The notes below the pieces were generated by a model. That model was not told the DNA's origin. It was given only the letters and a program-made list of their open reading frames with translations, and did not search any database. The translations under genes were made by a program, and so were the position numbers. A DNA stretch of 34,419 bases from Candidatus Fischerbacteria bacterium RBG_13_37_8. Lineage in GTDB: Bacteria > Acidobacteriota > HRBIN11 > MFGW01. Shown here in pieces: positions 8,479 to 19,394 of the stretch; the stretch's first letter is position 1; each line of letters starts with the position of its first letter. Location: the NCBI GenBank assembly GCA_001780385.1, contig MFGW01000180.1, positions 23,935 to 58,353 of the forward strand, written 5' to 3'.

Positions 8479-9276
8479 CTATTTTAAAACTATCTGCCCC
8501 GAAAATCTTAAATCCATTAACGTATCCTCCTTCACTATTTCAGCTAATCTCCCCCGATATGAATAATACTTGCTCAATTCTTCCTCCGCTCCATTCCTGC
8601 TTACCTTCAAAATTCCCTCCTTTAATTCTAAATAAAATACATCCTCCTCCCCCTCATAACGCACCTGCTTTAAATATGCATAATTATGATCATAGTTGCC
8701 TACTTCCTTTATTATTCGCACCGCCTTTCTTATCAATCCCTCATTTAACTCCTTCTCTTCTATATATACAACAGGATAATTCCTCCCCTTTATCATCTCT
8801 GTCTTGTATAACTCCCCGATCCTATTCCCTTCCTCATCAATTAAATACCCTCTCCCCGATATTAAATATGCAAATGGCTCCTTCATCTTCACCTTTATCA
8901 TTATACTCCCAGGAAATTGCCGCTTTATGCTTATCTCTGATATCTTCTTGCTTCTCTTCATATGCTCTGCAAATAACCCAATATTAAATAATGCATCCTT
9001 CCTCTTTAAATATTCCTGCGCATACATCTTCATCTCTTCCTTCTCATTATTATCACATCCTTCCACTTCTATCTCCCACACTCCATTATTTAAATTCCTT
9101 CCTAACTTCATCATTATTCCATAACTTATTATTACAAGCTCTACTCCTATAACAATAAATAAAAATACCGTCAAGATTACCTGCCGGTATCTTATCTTCC
9201 GCTTCGAAGGTAAGATACCGACACCTGTTCTCCTTAAATAGCCACTTTCATTTGTCTCTTTGCTGTTATATATCAT
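8479..9276 (-). CDS. ftsQ: Cell division protein FtsQ/DivIB-like
   Basis: Basic N-terminus, a single TM (VILTVFLFIVIGVELVIISYGI), then a roughly 200-aa periplasmic domain. Synteny is murB-X-ftsA. The call rests mainly on architecture and position. Confidence 0.7.
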   Translation of the reverse strand: MIYNSKETNESGYLRRTGVGILPSKRKIRYRQVILTVFLFIVIGVELVIISYGIMMKLGRNLNNGVWEIEVEGCDNNEKEEMKMYAQEYLKRKDALFNIGLFAEHMKRSKKISEISIKRQFPGSIMIKVKMKEPFAYLISGRGYLIDEEGNRIGELYKTEMIKGRNYPVVYIEEKELNEGLIRKAVRIIKEVGNYDHNYAYLKQVRYEGEEDVFYLELKEGILKVSRNGAEEELSKYYSYRGRLAEIVKEDTLMDLRFSGQIVLK

Positions 9277-9364
9277 CGCCTAGCTTACTAAATATAGCAT
9301 ATTTTTAAAAAGATATCTATACATTTTGTATGAAATCAAAAAAATATTTGACTTTCTTCATCTC

Positions 9365-10270
9365 CTAACTATGCCAAATGATTACTTCATTCTCTAATTC
9401 AACCGAAAATCTCTTCCAGACAGTTTCTTTTATCTGCCCAATCAGTTGCATTACATCTTCAAAGGAAGCATTAAATCTGTTGACAATAAAATTTGCATGT
9501 TTTTCTGATATCACAGCTCCTCCTTTTCGATAACCTTTCAAGCCAGCTTCTTCTATCATTTTGCCTGCATGATTACCTGGAGGATTTTTAAAAATGCAGC
9601 CGGAACTTTTTTCTGTAAGTGGTTGATTATTAAATCTCCTGCTTTGGTAGAGTTGAATATTTTCCTGTATGCTTTTTGCATCTTTTTGCTGCAATTGAAA
9701 TTCTGCTGTCAGGATAATATCTTCCGGTGCAAAACAACTCTTTCTATACTGAAAGTGCAAAGCATCTTTTTCATAAACATCAATCTGGTTATTTTTGTTG
9801 AGAATTATGACGGAGACAAGTGAATCTTTTATTTCCCATCCAAAAGCTCCGGCATTCATAGCTACGGCACCTCCTACAGTTCCGGGAATGCCTGCTGCAC
9901 ATTCAAGTCCTGCCAATGCATTTTTTGCTGCAAAATGACATAGACGATTCAGTGGAGCACCAGCTCCTGCGGTTACGATCATATTATCTCCCAGGCTAAT
10001 GCCGCTCATATTTTCAAGGGAAATTATCACCTGTTGTAACAATTTCTCTTCGATAATAAGATTACTGCCTTTTCCGATGATTTTATATCCCTGTTGACAG
10101 GTATCAAGATGAATTTTTAATTCCAGCAGTGATTCAACAGTTGGAGGGCGAACAAACCAGGCAGCATATCCTCCAATACCCATGGTAGTATTATACTTAA
10201 GATGTACATTTTTTTCACAGGGAATGCCTGCTGTTGTAAAAATATGTTCCATTGTATCATTCAGATTCAT
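9365..10270 (-). CDS. murB: UDP-N-acetylenolpyruvoylglucosamine reductase MurB
   Basis: Motifs GIGGYAAWFV, GKGSNLII, GIPGTVGGAVAMNAGAFG, SGCIFKNP. The track start at 10324 would overlap murC by 68 nt, so ATG 10270 is preferred (10252 is also possible). Confidence 0.9.
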   Translation of the reverse strand: MNLNDTMEHIFTTAGIPCEKNVHLKYNTTMGIGGYAAWFVRPPTVESLLELKIHLDTCQQGYKIIGKGSNLIIEEKLLQQVIISLENMSGISLGDNMIVTAGAGAPLNRLCHFAAKNALAGLECAAGIPGTVGGAVAMNAGAFGWEIKDSLVSVIILNKNNQIDVYEKDALHFQYRKSCFAPEDIILTAEFQLQQKDAKSIQENIQLYQSRRFNNQPLTEKSSGCIFKNPPGNHAGKMIEEAGLKGYRKGGAVISEKHANFIVNRFNASFEDVMQLIGQIKETVWKRFSVELENEVIIWHS

Positions 10271-11669
10271 AGCTGGTAATAATTTCCATAAGTTTATTAT
10301 GAATGCCTGGCAGGTTACCTGCACCTACAGTCAACACTATTGCATCATGACATAAAATTTTTTGCAGCATAGCGGGGACATCTTCCACTTTGGGCACATG
10401 ATAGCATTGAGTATGACCTTTCTTTTTTATTTCATCTATAATAAGCTGTGTGGAAACGCCTTTTATTGGTTTTTCTGAAGCTGCGTATATATCAGTAATA
10501 ATGATTATATCAGACTGAGCCAGTACCTCTGCAAATTCCTGGTACAGATGATAAGTTCTTGTATAGCGATGCGGTTGAAAAATAGTTATTATTTTTCTGT
10601 TCCATCCTTTTTTTGCCGTATCCAGCACTGCATTTATTTCCGTAGGATGATGCGCATAATCATCAATAAGGAGAATTGATTTTGATTGTCCTTTCAATTG
10701 AAATCTTCTTTCAACTCCTTGAAATGTTTCAAGGCTTTTTATAATTCGTTCAAAGGGAATATCCAGGTGATGGCAAAGAGCAACTGTTGCAAGACTATCA
10801 ATGATATTATGCAGACCCGGCACATTCAAAGTCACCGTGTTTATTTCTTTTCCTTTATAGATAAGCAGGAATTCAGAAGTAAATTCTTTCAATCCAATGG
10901 AAACTGCTGTAAAATCAGCTAATGGATTCAAACCATACGTGATCACTTTTTTTTCCAATTCAGGTAATAATTCTGAAACGATAATATCATCAATACAGGC
11001 AACAATAGCTCCGTAAAAAGGTATTTTTTTCATGAATTCCAGGAATGTCATTTTTATTTCTTCCATTGATTGATACGCATCCATGTGTTCTTTATCAATA
11101 TTAGTAATCACTTCAAAGATTGGACTAAGTCTGAGAAATGATTTATCAGATTCATCTGCTTCCACAACAATAAAATCACCTCTGCCAAGTTTTGCATTAG
11201 AACCAATCGTAATTACTTTTCCACCAATTACCATTGTTGGATCCATGTTATAATCTGCCAGTACAGTAGAAATCATGGAAGTTGTTGTTGTTTTACCGTG
11301 GGCGCCGGCAATTGCGATACCGTATTTCAATCGCATTAATTCAGCAAGCATTTCAGCTCGTTGAATAACCGGGACATGTTTTTCACGCGCAGCTTTTATT
11401 TCTTCATTATCGTTGGTAATTGCCGAGGAAATCACCAATAAATCTGCATCTCCAATATTTGATGCCTGGTGTCCCACGGTAATCTTTGCACCCATACCTC
11501 GCAAACGTTCAATAGTAAGTGAATTGGATACATCAGAACCAGAAATAGTATATCCAAGGTTCAGCAGTAATTCGGCAATTCCGCTCATGCCTATCCCGCC
11601 TATTCCCACCATATGAATTTTTCTCATTTTTTTATACATATATTCACTTGTTGCAATCAGACTAGTCAT
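10257..11669 (-). CDS. murC: UDP-N-acetylmuramate--L-alanine ligase MurC
   Basis: N-terminal Rossmann motif HMVGIGGIGMSGIAELL and Mur-ligase P-loop GAHGKTTTTSM. Start set to ATG 11669, which is preceded by GGGGAGAAG and overlaps the murG stop (ATGACTAG). ATG 11639 and 11627 remain possible. Confidence 0.92.
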   Translation of the reverse strand: MTSLIATSEYMYKKMRKIHMVGIGGIGMSGIAELLLNLGYTISGSDVSNSLTIERLRGMGAKITVGHQASNIGDADLLVISSAITNDNEEIKAAREKHVPVIQRAEMLAELMRLKYGIAIAGAHGKTTTTSMISTVLADYNMDPTMVIGGKVITIGSNAKLGRGDFIVVEADESDKSFLRLSPIFEVITNIDKEHMDAYQSMEEIKMTFLEFMKKIPFYGAIVACIDDIIVSELLPELEKKVITYGLNPLADFTAVSIGLKEFTSEFLLIYKGKEINTVTLNVPGLHNIIDSLATVALCHHLDIPFERIIKSLETFQGVERRFQLKGQSKSILLIDDYAHHPTEINAVLDTAKKGWNRKIITIFQPHRYTRTYHLYQEFAEVLAQSDIIIITDIYAASEKPIKGVSTQLIIDEIKKKGHTQCYHVPKVEDVPAMLQKILCHDAIVLTVGAGNLPGIHNKLMEIITSYESE

Positions 11670-12807
11670 CTTCTTCTCCCCGGTCTTCCAGTCCATCCTG
11701 CTTATATTTTTCAGAAACTATTTCTACTGCCCAATCAGCAATATCAGCAGCAGCATTTGGTTTCGCAAATTTTTTCATTTTTTCTGACATTGCACTAAGT
11801 TCCTCCGGATGATTCATGGCATGCAGTATTGCCCGTACAAAATTTCTTGTTCTTACTTTCCGTTCATCCAGTATCCAGGCAAGATTATTTGATTCCATGA
11901 AAAAAGCATTGGGGTATTGATGAGCTTTTCCTGCGATCATCAAAGGCATTAAAATTGCCGGTCTTCCGGTCGCTATGATTTCACTGATCGTAGTTGCTCC
12001 AGCCCTGCATATAATCAAACTTGCCCGCCGGTAATTATCATAAATATGTTCAAAATAAGATTGGACATCAGACATAATTCCTTCCTGCCGGTAATATTCT
12101 TTTGTATTCAGGTAATCACGAAGTCCTGTTTGATGCATAATAAAAATATCATTTTTTCTTTCTTTCAGCATGGGGAGTGAATCAACCATATGGTTATTGA
12201 TATTATGAGAACCTTGACTTCCCCCGAATGCTAAAACAGAAAATCTACCATCTCTTATCGGTTCATAGGTCCAATCTCCCTCGATAAATTCTTTTCGTAT
12301 CGGATTACCGGTGTAACGAAATTTCTTTTTCTTCATATATTCCGGGTTAGGCAAACCTATTGCTACTCCCTTGGCAAACGGAAGTAAATACTTATTCGCT
12401 AATCCGAGTGTATAATTCTGTTCCATCAATAGAATAGGAATACCTTTTAAAGCAGCAGCCAGGCACATGGAACCGCTCGCATATCCTCCCGCTCCTACCA
12501 CTATCGCAGGCGAATATTTTTTGAGAATACCGAATGATACTCCTAAACTTTGCATTAATAAAAATACCGCACTTACCTTGTCCGTAAATTTTTTCTCCGC
12601 TAATCCCCTTGTCTTAAGCAAATAATAATGAAGCTGGTACTTTGCAAAAAATGTTCGCTCCATTCCATAAAAACTTCCCACAAATAATACATGCGAACGG
12701 TTATAGCGCTTCTTCCATTCTTCTTTCAAATTTACTGCAGGATAAATATGACCGGCTGTTCCTCCGCAGGTTATTATTATTGTTCTGTCATTCAATAATT
12801 CCTTCAT
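11662..12807 (-). CDS. murG: Undecaprenyl-PP-MurNAc-pentapeptide GlcNAc transferase MurG
   Basis: GT28 motifs TCGGTAGHIYPA and FGGSQGS, plus ICRAGATTISE. Position between ftsW and murC. Confidence 0.93.
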   Translation of the reverse strand: MKELLNDRTIIITCGGTAGHIYPAVNLKEEWKKRYNRSHVLFVGSFYGMERTFFAKYQLHYYLLKTRGLAEKKFTDKVSAVFLLMQSLGVSFGILKKYSPAIVVGAGGYASGSMCLAAALKGIPILLMEQNYTLGLANKYLLPFAKGVAIGLPNPEYMKKKKFRYTGNPIRKEFIEGDWTYEPIRDGRFSVLAFGGSQGSHNINNHMVDSLPMLKERKNDIFIMHQTGLRDYLNTKEYYRQEGIMSDVQSYFEHIYDNYRRASLIICRAGATTISEIIATGRPAILMPLMIAGKAHQYPNAFFMESNNLAWILDERKVRTRNFVRAILHAMNHPEELSAMSEKMKKFAKPNAAADIADWAVEIVSEKYKQDGLEDRGEEDD

Positions 12808-12932
12808 TTCATTACTTCCCTGTTCAAAATTTCAAAATATCTTTAAGCGCTTAGCGCAATTTTTGAGACAACATGTCGGTTCAAAATTATACTATGTCAT
12901 TTTTCACTTTGTGCCTTTGTGTCTTCTATTCA

Positions 12933-14039
12933 TCACTCTTTACTTATATGCTGAGATAAATTCAATAAAATTCCTACACTTAAGAGACTCATCATTAATG
13001 ATGAACCTCCAGAACTTATAAAAGGAAGCGGAATTCCCTTGGTCGGCATTAAACCCAAAACAACGCTTATATTTATCAATGATTGATAAATCAACATAAG
13101 CGTGACTCCTAATGCTACATAACTTCCATACCTGTCGGGAAATCTTTTGGCAATCATCATGCCTTTTATAAATATGAACAGGTATAATAACCATATAGAA
13201 ATTGTACCCATTAAACCGAGTTCTTCAGCTAATATTGAAAAAATGAAATCATTATGCGGCTGTGGAAGATAGAACAATTTTTGCAGACTGTTGCCAAAAC
13301 CAAGACCTTGAATCCCACCGCTTCCTACCGCTATTTTTGCCTGCTCTAATTGAAAAGCTGCTGCTGCTGTATCTGTGCCTTGTTCCTGCACACCTTTTAT
13401 TTGATTCCACCATGCATTAAGTCTATCCATTCTATAATTATAGAGTTGCACCGTTACCATTAAAAGTATTATCCCCACTATGCCAAATAATGCTATGTAT
13501 TTCTTATCCAGCCCGACAATAAAAAGCATCGTCATCAATACTAATGCTATTAAAAAACCTGTCCCGAGATCCGGTTCTACAACTATCAACGCCACGATTA
13601 TCACCACGGGCATACTCACAAAAAGAACTTTTTTCAGTCTTATCGGTAAGGTTACATTTTGTAAACTGTAGGCTAAAAATAACACTACTGCAACCTTGGC
13701 AAATTCAGAAGGTTGAAAAGAAAAACCTCCTATCCGCATCCACCTCTTTATAGATGCAGAACTGAATAATACATAGGTTAACATTCCTGCTGCAAATACC
13801 AGGCTTCCCCAGTTTATAAATTTTGATTTTAAATAGATATAATCTATAAATAAAAAAAACATCATTATGACAAATCCAAGAAATGCCCAGATAAGCTGGC
13901 GCGTTAGAAAAAAGTAAGGACTTTTTCCTAATTTCTGCGCTATCAATGCAGAAGAAGAAAACACCATCGGGATTCCTATCGTAATTAATCCAAGTACCGC
14001 AAGAAGAAGCGTTCTATCCCACATTAATTTTTTTGCCAT
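12933..14039 (-). CDS. ftsW: SEDS-family peptidoglycan polymerase FtsW
   Basis: Polytopic FtsW/RodA/SpoVE-type protein with QPSEFAK, LPQPHNDFIFSILAEELG and GIPLPFISSGGSS motifs. The dcw position between murD and murG favours FtsW over RodA. Confidence 0.9.
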   Translation of the reverse strand: MAKKLMWDRTLLLAVLGLITIGIPMVFSSSALIAQKLGKSPYFFLTRQLIWAFLGFVIMMFFLFIDYIYLKSKFINWGSLVFAAGMLTYVLFSSASIKRWMRIGGFSFQPSEFAKVAVVLFLAYSLQNVTLPIRLKKVLFVSMPVVIIVALIVVEPDLGTGFLIALVLMTMLFIVGLDKKYIALFGIVGIILLMVTVQLYNYRMDRLNAWWNQIKGVQEQGTDTAAAAFQLEQAKIAVGSGGIQGLGFGNSLQKLFYLPQPHNDFIFSILAEELGLMGTISIWLLYLFIFIKGMMIAKRFPDRYGSYVALGVTLMLIYQSLINISVVLGLMPTKGIPLPFISSGGSSLMMSLLSVGILLNLSQHISKE

Positions 14040-15430
14040 TATGCGGTTACCCCTTTATTTGAATTCTGCCCAATTATTTCATGTACCGCTCTTTTAAAAC
14101 TATTACCTCGGTCAACATAATCTTGGAACATATCAAAACTTGCACATGCAGGCGATAATAATATTACGTCACCCTGTTGGCTCAACATATATGCTCTTTT
14201 AACTGCTTCATGCATGCTCCCCGCATGCTCTAAATACACACCCGTATCCTTTATTGCATCATAAATTAAACGGCTGGCTTCCCCTATTAATATGCCTGTC
14301 TTAACATGCTTTCGAACAGGCTCTGCTAATTCCTTATATCCCAATTGTTTATCCTTTCCGCCAAGTATGATTATTACATTTTTTTGAAAGCTTTCCAATG
14401 CTTTCACCACCGCATCTGGATTCGTTGCCTTTGAATCGTTGATAAATGTTATACCCTCCTGAACTGCTACCAATTCCATCCTGTGCGGTAATCCCTTAAA
14501 TGCTGCAATTGCTCCCCTTATCGTTTCGAGTGACAGTCCTTCCTGTAATCCTGCTATTATGCATGCCATAATATTTTCTATATTATGCACACCCGGCAGA
14601 CTAATTTCATCAATGCTCATCACTTCTTGTTCGCCTGTTTTATCCTGATAATATATCTTGCTATTCCTCAGGAAACATCCTCTCTTTACTGCATCAGCAC
14701 TGCTGAACTTCCATACTGATGAATTAATCTCCGGCATCTCCTTCCAATAATGATCCTGCATTTCATTTAACACTGCCCAATCACCTTGCTGCTGATTACG
14801 AAAAATATTCCACTTCGCGAATAAGTACTCCCTTAGCGTTGCATACCGGTCCATATGATCAGTAGATATATTTAATAATAGCGCTCCATGAGCTCTGAAT
14901 AAAGTAATTGCTTCAAGCTGAAAACTGCTTATTTCAATAATATAGTAATCATAGCTCTTTTTTTGTTGTACTGCCTGGATAAAGGGAAATCCTATATTAC
15001 CGCATACTGCTATCGAATATCCTGCTTTTTCAAATATCTGACCGAGAAGCGTGGTGACGGTAGTTTTTCCATTAGTGCCGGTCACTCCTATTATTTTGCC
15101 TTCTGCAAAACGGCAAGCTAATTCTATCTCAGACATTAATGCTATATTTTTTTTAGTCATTTCCGCGCGAGGCAACCAGCCCGGTTCAACACCGGGACTT
15201 ATTATAACGTTATCCGATGCAAGACACATATCGGCAGAATGCTGTCCAAAATAAAATTGAACTCCCTTTTGTTCATACATGCTCAATTTTTCAGTATCAA
15301 AATCAGTTCGTGCTTTATTATCATTCACGGTAATTTTTGCTCCCTGCTGGAGTAAAAAATTAACGCATGCTTCTCCTGTTTTACCAAATCCCAGTACTAA
15401 TATTCTTTTATCTGCAAGACTAAAATTCAT
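14039..15430 (-). CDS. murD: UDP-N-acetylmuramoylalanine--D-glutamate ligase MurD
   Basis: Motifs VLGFGKTGEA and GVTGTNGKTT, plus NISTDHMDRY. Its stop overlaps the ftsW start at 14039. Confidence 0.93.
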   Translation of the reverse strand: MNFSLADKRILVLGFGKTGEACVNFLLQQGAKITVNDNKARTDFDTEKLSMYEQKGVQFYFGQHSADMCLASDNVIISPGVEPGWLPRAEMTKKNIALMSEIELACRFAEGKIIGVTGTNGKTTVTTLLGQIFEKAGYSIAVCGNIGFPFIQAVQQKKSYDYYIIEISSFQLEAITLFRAHGALLLNISTDHMDRYATLREYLFAKWNIFRNQQQGDWAVLNEMQDHYWKEMPEINSSVWKFSSADAVKRGCFLRNSKIYYQDKTGEQEVMSIDEISLPGVHNIENIMACIIAGLQEGLSLETIRGAIAAFKGLPHRMELVAVQEGITFINDSKATNPDAVVKALESFQKNVIIILGGKDKQLGYKELAEPVRKHVKTGILIGEASRLIYDAIKDTGVYLEHAGSMHEAVKRAYMLSQQGDVILLSPACASFDMFQDYVDRGNSFKRAVHEIIGQNSNKGVTA

Positions 15431-15445
15431 TACTACTCCGAACCA

Positions 15446-16525
15446 CTATCGCAGTTTTAAAGTTGCCAAACTCATTAATGCAAATATTATAGCAAGAATC
15501 CAAAATCTTACCACTACCTTGGATTCATTCCATCCTTTCAATTCAAAATGATGATGCAATGGTGACATTAAAAAAATTCTCTTTCCTCCTGTTGTCTTGA
15601 AATATATCACCTGTACGATCACTGATAATGCTTCAATTACAAATATACCTCCTACCAGTATTAATAATAATTCCTGTTTCACCATTACCGCAACTACTCC
15701 CAGAGAACTTCCTAACGTTAGCGAACCGACATCTCCCATAAATAATTGCGCAGGATAACAATTGTACCAAAGAAATCCGATACACGCTCCTATAAGCGCT
15801 CCGCAAAATACCGTTATTTCTCCTGCTAACGGCACCTTCGCTACTAGTAAATATTCGGAAAACAACGCATGCCCCGCTATGTAAGCAAATGCAGTGTATG
15901 CAGCTCCTGCGATTAATACTGTTCCCGTCGCTAAACCATCCAATCCGTCCGTTATGTTGACAGCATTTGCACTCCCCACCAGAACAAGCACTATGATAAT
16001 TAAATAAAACCACCCCAAGTCTACTGTAACTAATTTGAAAAATGGAAATACCATCCGTGTATCAAAATTACCACTCCCTACCAGTATGATCCCGATAATT
16101 AAACATATAAGAATCTCCAGCATGAACCGCTTTTTTCCAGATAAACCCTTCGAACTCTTTTTCTTCACTTTTAAATAATCATCTATAAATCCAATACCAC
16201 CAAATATTATACATGTCGCTAGCAATATAATAATATAAAGATTTAAAATATCTGCCCATAAAAGCGTCGGTAAAAGAATACTTAATAGTATCAATAATCC
16301 CCCCATTGTCGGCGTCCCTGCTTTTTTTAAATGAGCCTTCGGACCTTCATCCCTCACCTGCTGCTCAAGATGAAATTTCTTGAGTCTCTTTATAAGCCAT
16401 GGACCAAGAAAAAAACTTAACAGCATCGCTGATAGAACTGCTAATGCAGTTCTAAATGTTATATACTTGAATACTCTAAAATATGAAAAAGTCTCATGTA
16501 AACTGTAAAACAAATAAAATAACAT
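15446..16525 (-). CDS. mraY: Phospho-N-acetylmuramoyl-pentapeptide transferase MraY
   Basis: Motifs TPTMGG, NAVNITDGLDGLA, FMGDVGS, PLHHHFELKGW; polytopic membrane protein. Confidence 0.95.
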   Translation of the reverse strand: MLFYLFYSLHETFSYFRVFKYITFRTALAVLSAMLLSFFLGPWLIKRLKKFHLEQQVRDEGPKAHLKKAGTPTMGGLLILLSILLPTLLWADILNLYIIILLATCIIFGGIGFIDDYLKVKKKSSKGLSGKKRFMLEILICLIIGIILVGSGNFDTRMVFPFFKLVTVDLGWFYLIIIVLVLVGSANAVNITDGLDGLATGTVLIAGAAYTAFAYIAGHALFSEYLLVAKVPLAGEITVFCGALIGACIGFLWYNCYPAQLFMGDVGSLTLGSSLGVVAVMVKQELLLILVGGIFVIEALSVIVQVIYFKTTGGKRIFLMSPLHHHFELKGWNESKVVVRFWILAIIFALMSLATLKLR

Positions 16526-16526
16526 G

Positions 16527-17915
16527 CTATTTGTCCTGTTTAAAATTGCCCTTTAATGCATTTACAATAATATCAATGCGCATGCCACGCGAACCCTTGC
16601 ATAATAAACAATCATCAGATTTCACATATTCTATGATAAAATCACGACATTCCTGGCTCGTTTTAAATAAATAAAGCTCTATTTTATTACCCGCTTCCTT
16701 TTTTATTGTCTCAAGCATTGACTCTATTAAATTTCCTATCCCAAAAATACAATCAAATCCTAATTTGCTTATCGTTTCTCCTGCTTGTCTATGAAATATT
16801 TCAGCATTTTTCCCTAACTCAAGCATATCACCAAGAACTGCTATTTTTCTTCCCCTGCATTGCATGATGCTAAAATCCTTTAAAGATTCTTCCAGAGCCC
16901 TCGGATTAGAATTATAACTTTCATCCACCAGGCAAATATTATTCCCCAAAACTATTACTTCTCCTCGCATCCGGGGAACTTGTAAGCGCTGAATCCTCTC
17001 AAGTATAACGTCCCATTCTACTTCCAGTTTTCGGGCAATACCGACTGCCGCAAGTAAATTATAGAGATTCCATTTTCCACGGACGGGAAAATGAAAATGA
17101 TAATTCATGTCTTTTTCTGTAAAATTACCCTCAAAACCAAAGGGCTCTAATTTCTCGATACTATTAATTTTAAGATCGCTTTCTTGTAATAAACCATAAG
17201 AATATCGTGGATTCCGGGATATTGTTCGTAAGTATTTATCATCATTGTTATAAACTACCAATGCGTCTTCTGATAAATTATTTACCAAAGATAATTTTTC
17301 ATGTGCAATTTCTTCTATCGAATAAAAGAATTCCAGGTGTACTTCGCTCACATTAAGCAATACGCCTATATCCGGCTTGCCAATTCGCGTCAAACATTCT
17401 ATTTCACCCTTGTGATTCATAGCCAACTCTAAAACAGCTATTTCATGCTCCGGCATAATATGAATGAGGGAAAGTGGAAAACCAGTCAAGCTGTTCATAT
17501 TTCCCTCAGATTTGAAAATATTTTTTGAGCCTGACAATAAGGCAGCGGTAAATTCTTTTGTTGTTGTCTTTCCCATGCTTCCTGTTATACAGACAATTCT
17601 TGCTGGTGAATGCATTCTGACGTAATGTGCCAAACGGTGTAAAGCTTCCAGCGTATTCTTGACCATGATAATTCCACTGTAATCATTGATAATGGGCAGT
17701 TTGGAACGGTCTGAAATTACAATAGCCTTCGCACCTTTTTTTATCGCTTCTTCTATATAATAATGACCGTCGGTTGCATCCCCCTTTAAAGCAAAAAATA
17801 TGTTCCCCTCTTCTATGTTTCTTGAATCTACTGAAGCTGCGGTAAAGGTCTCTTCATTCTTTGCTAAGATCGTTCCCTCAACTGCTTTATTTATCTCTTG
17901 CATTAATAACTGCAT
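16527..17915 (-). CDS. murF: UDP-MurNAc-tripeptide--D-Ala-D-Ala ligase MurF
   Basis: Mur-ligase P-loop ITGSMGKTTTKE, plus VDESYNSNP. Position between murE and mraY. Confidence 0.9.
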   Translation of the reverse strand: MQLLMQEINKAVEGTILAKNEETFTAASVDSRNIEEGNIFFALKGDATDGHYYIEEAIKKGAKAIVISDRSKLPIINDYSGIIMVKNTLEALHRLAHYVRMHSPARIVCITGSMGKTTTKEFTAALLSGSKNIFKSEGNMNSLTGFPLSLIHIMPEHEIAVLELAMNHKGEIECLTRIGKPDIGVLLNVSEVHLEFFYSIEEIAHEKLSLVNNLSEDALVVYNNDDKYLRTISRNPRYSYGLLQESDLKINSIEKLEPFGFEGNFTEKDMNYHFHFPVRGKWNLYNLLAAVGIARKLEVEWDVILERIQRLQVPRMRGEVIVLGNNICLVDESYNSNPRALEESLKDFSIMQCRGRKIAVLGDMLELGKNAEIFHRQAGETISKLGFDCIFGIGNLIESMLETIKKEAGNKIELYLFKTSQECRDFIIEYVKSDDCLLCKGSRGMRIDIIVNALKGNFKQDK

Positions 17916-17917
17916 GA

Positions 17918-19393
17918 TTATTTTGATCCTTCAATTGCCCGTTTCAATATTTCTCTTTCATCAAAATGTAATTTTTGCGGTCCAATTATCTGATAATCTT
18001 CATGACCTTTCCCTGCCAAAACTATTGAATCATCCGGTTGTGCAATCTTCACTGCCCTGAAAATTGCTTTTTCCCTGTCTGCTATTATTTCATAGAAAGG
18101 TTGTGGTTGTACTTCCTTTACTCCTTCCTCGATCATTGCAATAATATCAAGTGGATTTTCATTCCGTGGATTATCCGAGGTAATTATAATATAATCTGCT
18201 CCGTGGGCTGCTGCTTTACCCATTAGTTTACGTTTCCCCTGATCCCTTCCACCACCGCATCCGAATACAATAATAACCCTGCCTCGCGTAAATTGCCTGA
18301 TCATCTTCACGAGATAGGCTATTGCATCCTCTGTATGCGCATAATCAATAATTATTAAATGCTGCTGACCATAATCTATTCGCTCAAATCTTCCCTTTAC
18401 TCCTTTAAAAGTGCTGGATGCCTCGCACAAATATTCTTTTTTTACTCCAAGAAGTGAAGCGGCTGAACATGCCGATAATAAATTATATACATTGGGAAAT
18501 CCCATCAGAGGACTCTCCACCTGAAAGATATCTCCCATAAGATCAACCTTCATTTGTATCCCTTCACGACTTACTTCATACTGCAAGCACCTGAAATCAT
18601 TATCAGATGCCAGTCCATAACTTAATACTTCCATATCGGCTGTTTTCCGTTCCTGTATTATCTCGCGTCCAAATATATCATCGCCATTAATTAATGCAAT
18701 ATCAGCATGACATCCAGTATCTTTTTGAAAAAGTTTCTTTTTCGTATTGAAATAGTTTTGTATCGTTTCATGAAAATCGAGATGATCTCTTGTTAAATTT
18801 GTAAAAATAGCAATTCTGAAATGTAATCCATGCACTCTTTTTAATGCAATTGCATGAGAAGAAACTTCCATGGCAGCATATTCGGTTCCATTTTCAGCCA
18901 AGCTATTGAGAAACTGATGAAGATCTATTGACTCAGGTGTTGTCAATGTTGACACACTTGAATAGGCAGTGCTTCTGAAACCGAGAGTGCCCACAACACC
19001 TGTACGATAACCAGCAGCAGAAAGCAAGGAATCAATAAGATAGGAAGTTGTAGTTTTCCCATTCGTTCCTGTAATACCGATTAAAGATATCTTTTTTAAA
19101 TTATCTTCATAAAATTTGCTGGAAATCATTGCCATTGCTTCTCTGACATCAGCAACCTGTTCCCAGTATACATTTTGAAGAGATACTGGAATTTCTTTTT
19201 CACTCACAATTGCCGTTGCACCTTTAGCAACTGCATCATTAATATAATCATTGCCATCCTGTTTAAATCCTTTTATTGCAAAAAAAATAGAATTTTTAGA
19301 AATCTTCCTTGAATCATAACAGAGTGACATTACAGGAATATCTTTATAGGTCCCCTTTATTTTTTTATTGAGTAGCTCGGATAAATATTTCAT
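17918..19393 (-). CDS. murE: UDP-MurNAc-L-Ala-D-Glu--2,6-diaminopimelate (or L-Lys) ligase MurE
   Basis: P-loop GITGTNGKTTTSY, FTNLTRDHLDFH and the TSDNPRNENP motif. Start moved to ATG 19393, 1 nt after the ftsI stop and preceded by AGGA. Confidence 0.92.
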   Translation of the reverse strand: MKYLSELLNKKIKGTYKDIPVMSLCYDSRKISKNSIFFAIKGFKQDGNDYINDAVAKGATAIVSEKEIPVSLQNVYWEQVADVREAMAMISSKFYEDNLKKISLIGITGTNGKTTTSYLIDSLLSAAGYRTGVVGTLGFRSTAYSSVSTLTTPESIDLHQFLNSLAENGTEYAAMEVSSHAIALKRVHGLHFRIAIFTNLTRDHLDFHETIQNYFNTKKKLFQKDTGCHADIALINGDDIFGREIIQERKTADMEVLSYGLASDNDFRCLQYEVSREGIQMKVDLMGDIFQVESPLMGFPNVYNLLSACSAASLLGVKKEYLCEASSTFKGVKGRFERIDYGQQHLIIIDYAHTEDAIAYLVKMIRQFTRGRVIIVFGCGGGRDQGKRKLMGKAAAHGADYIIITSDNPRNENPLDIIAMIEEGVKEVQPQPFYEIIADREKAIFRAVKIAQPDDSIVLAGKGHEDYQIIGPQKLHFDEREILKRAIEGSK

Positions 19394-19394
19394 G

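Noticed and set aside
7531-8987. Plus-strand ORFs 7531-8040, 7808-8053, 8439-8987 and 8804-9124
   Set aside because: All are antisense to ftsA or ftsQ. The Pro/Leu/Ser-rich low-complexity products arise from the purine-rich coding strand opposite, and none has an SD.
15633-16013. 126-aa minus-strand ORF inside mraY, in another frame
   Set aside because: It overlaps the conserved mraY frame, which carries all the MraY signature motifs. It is Cys/Arg-rich and non-protein-like.
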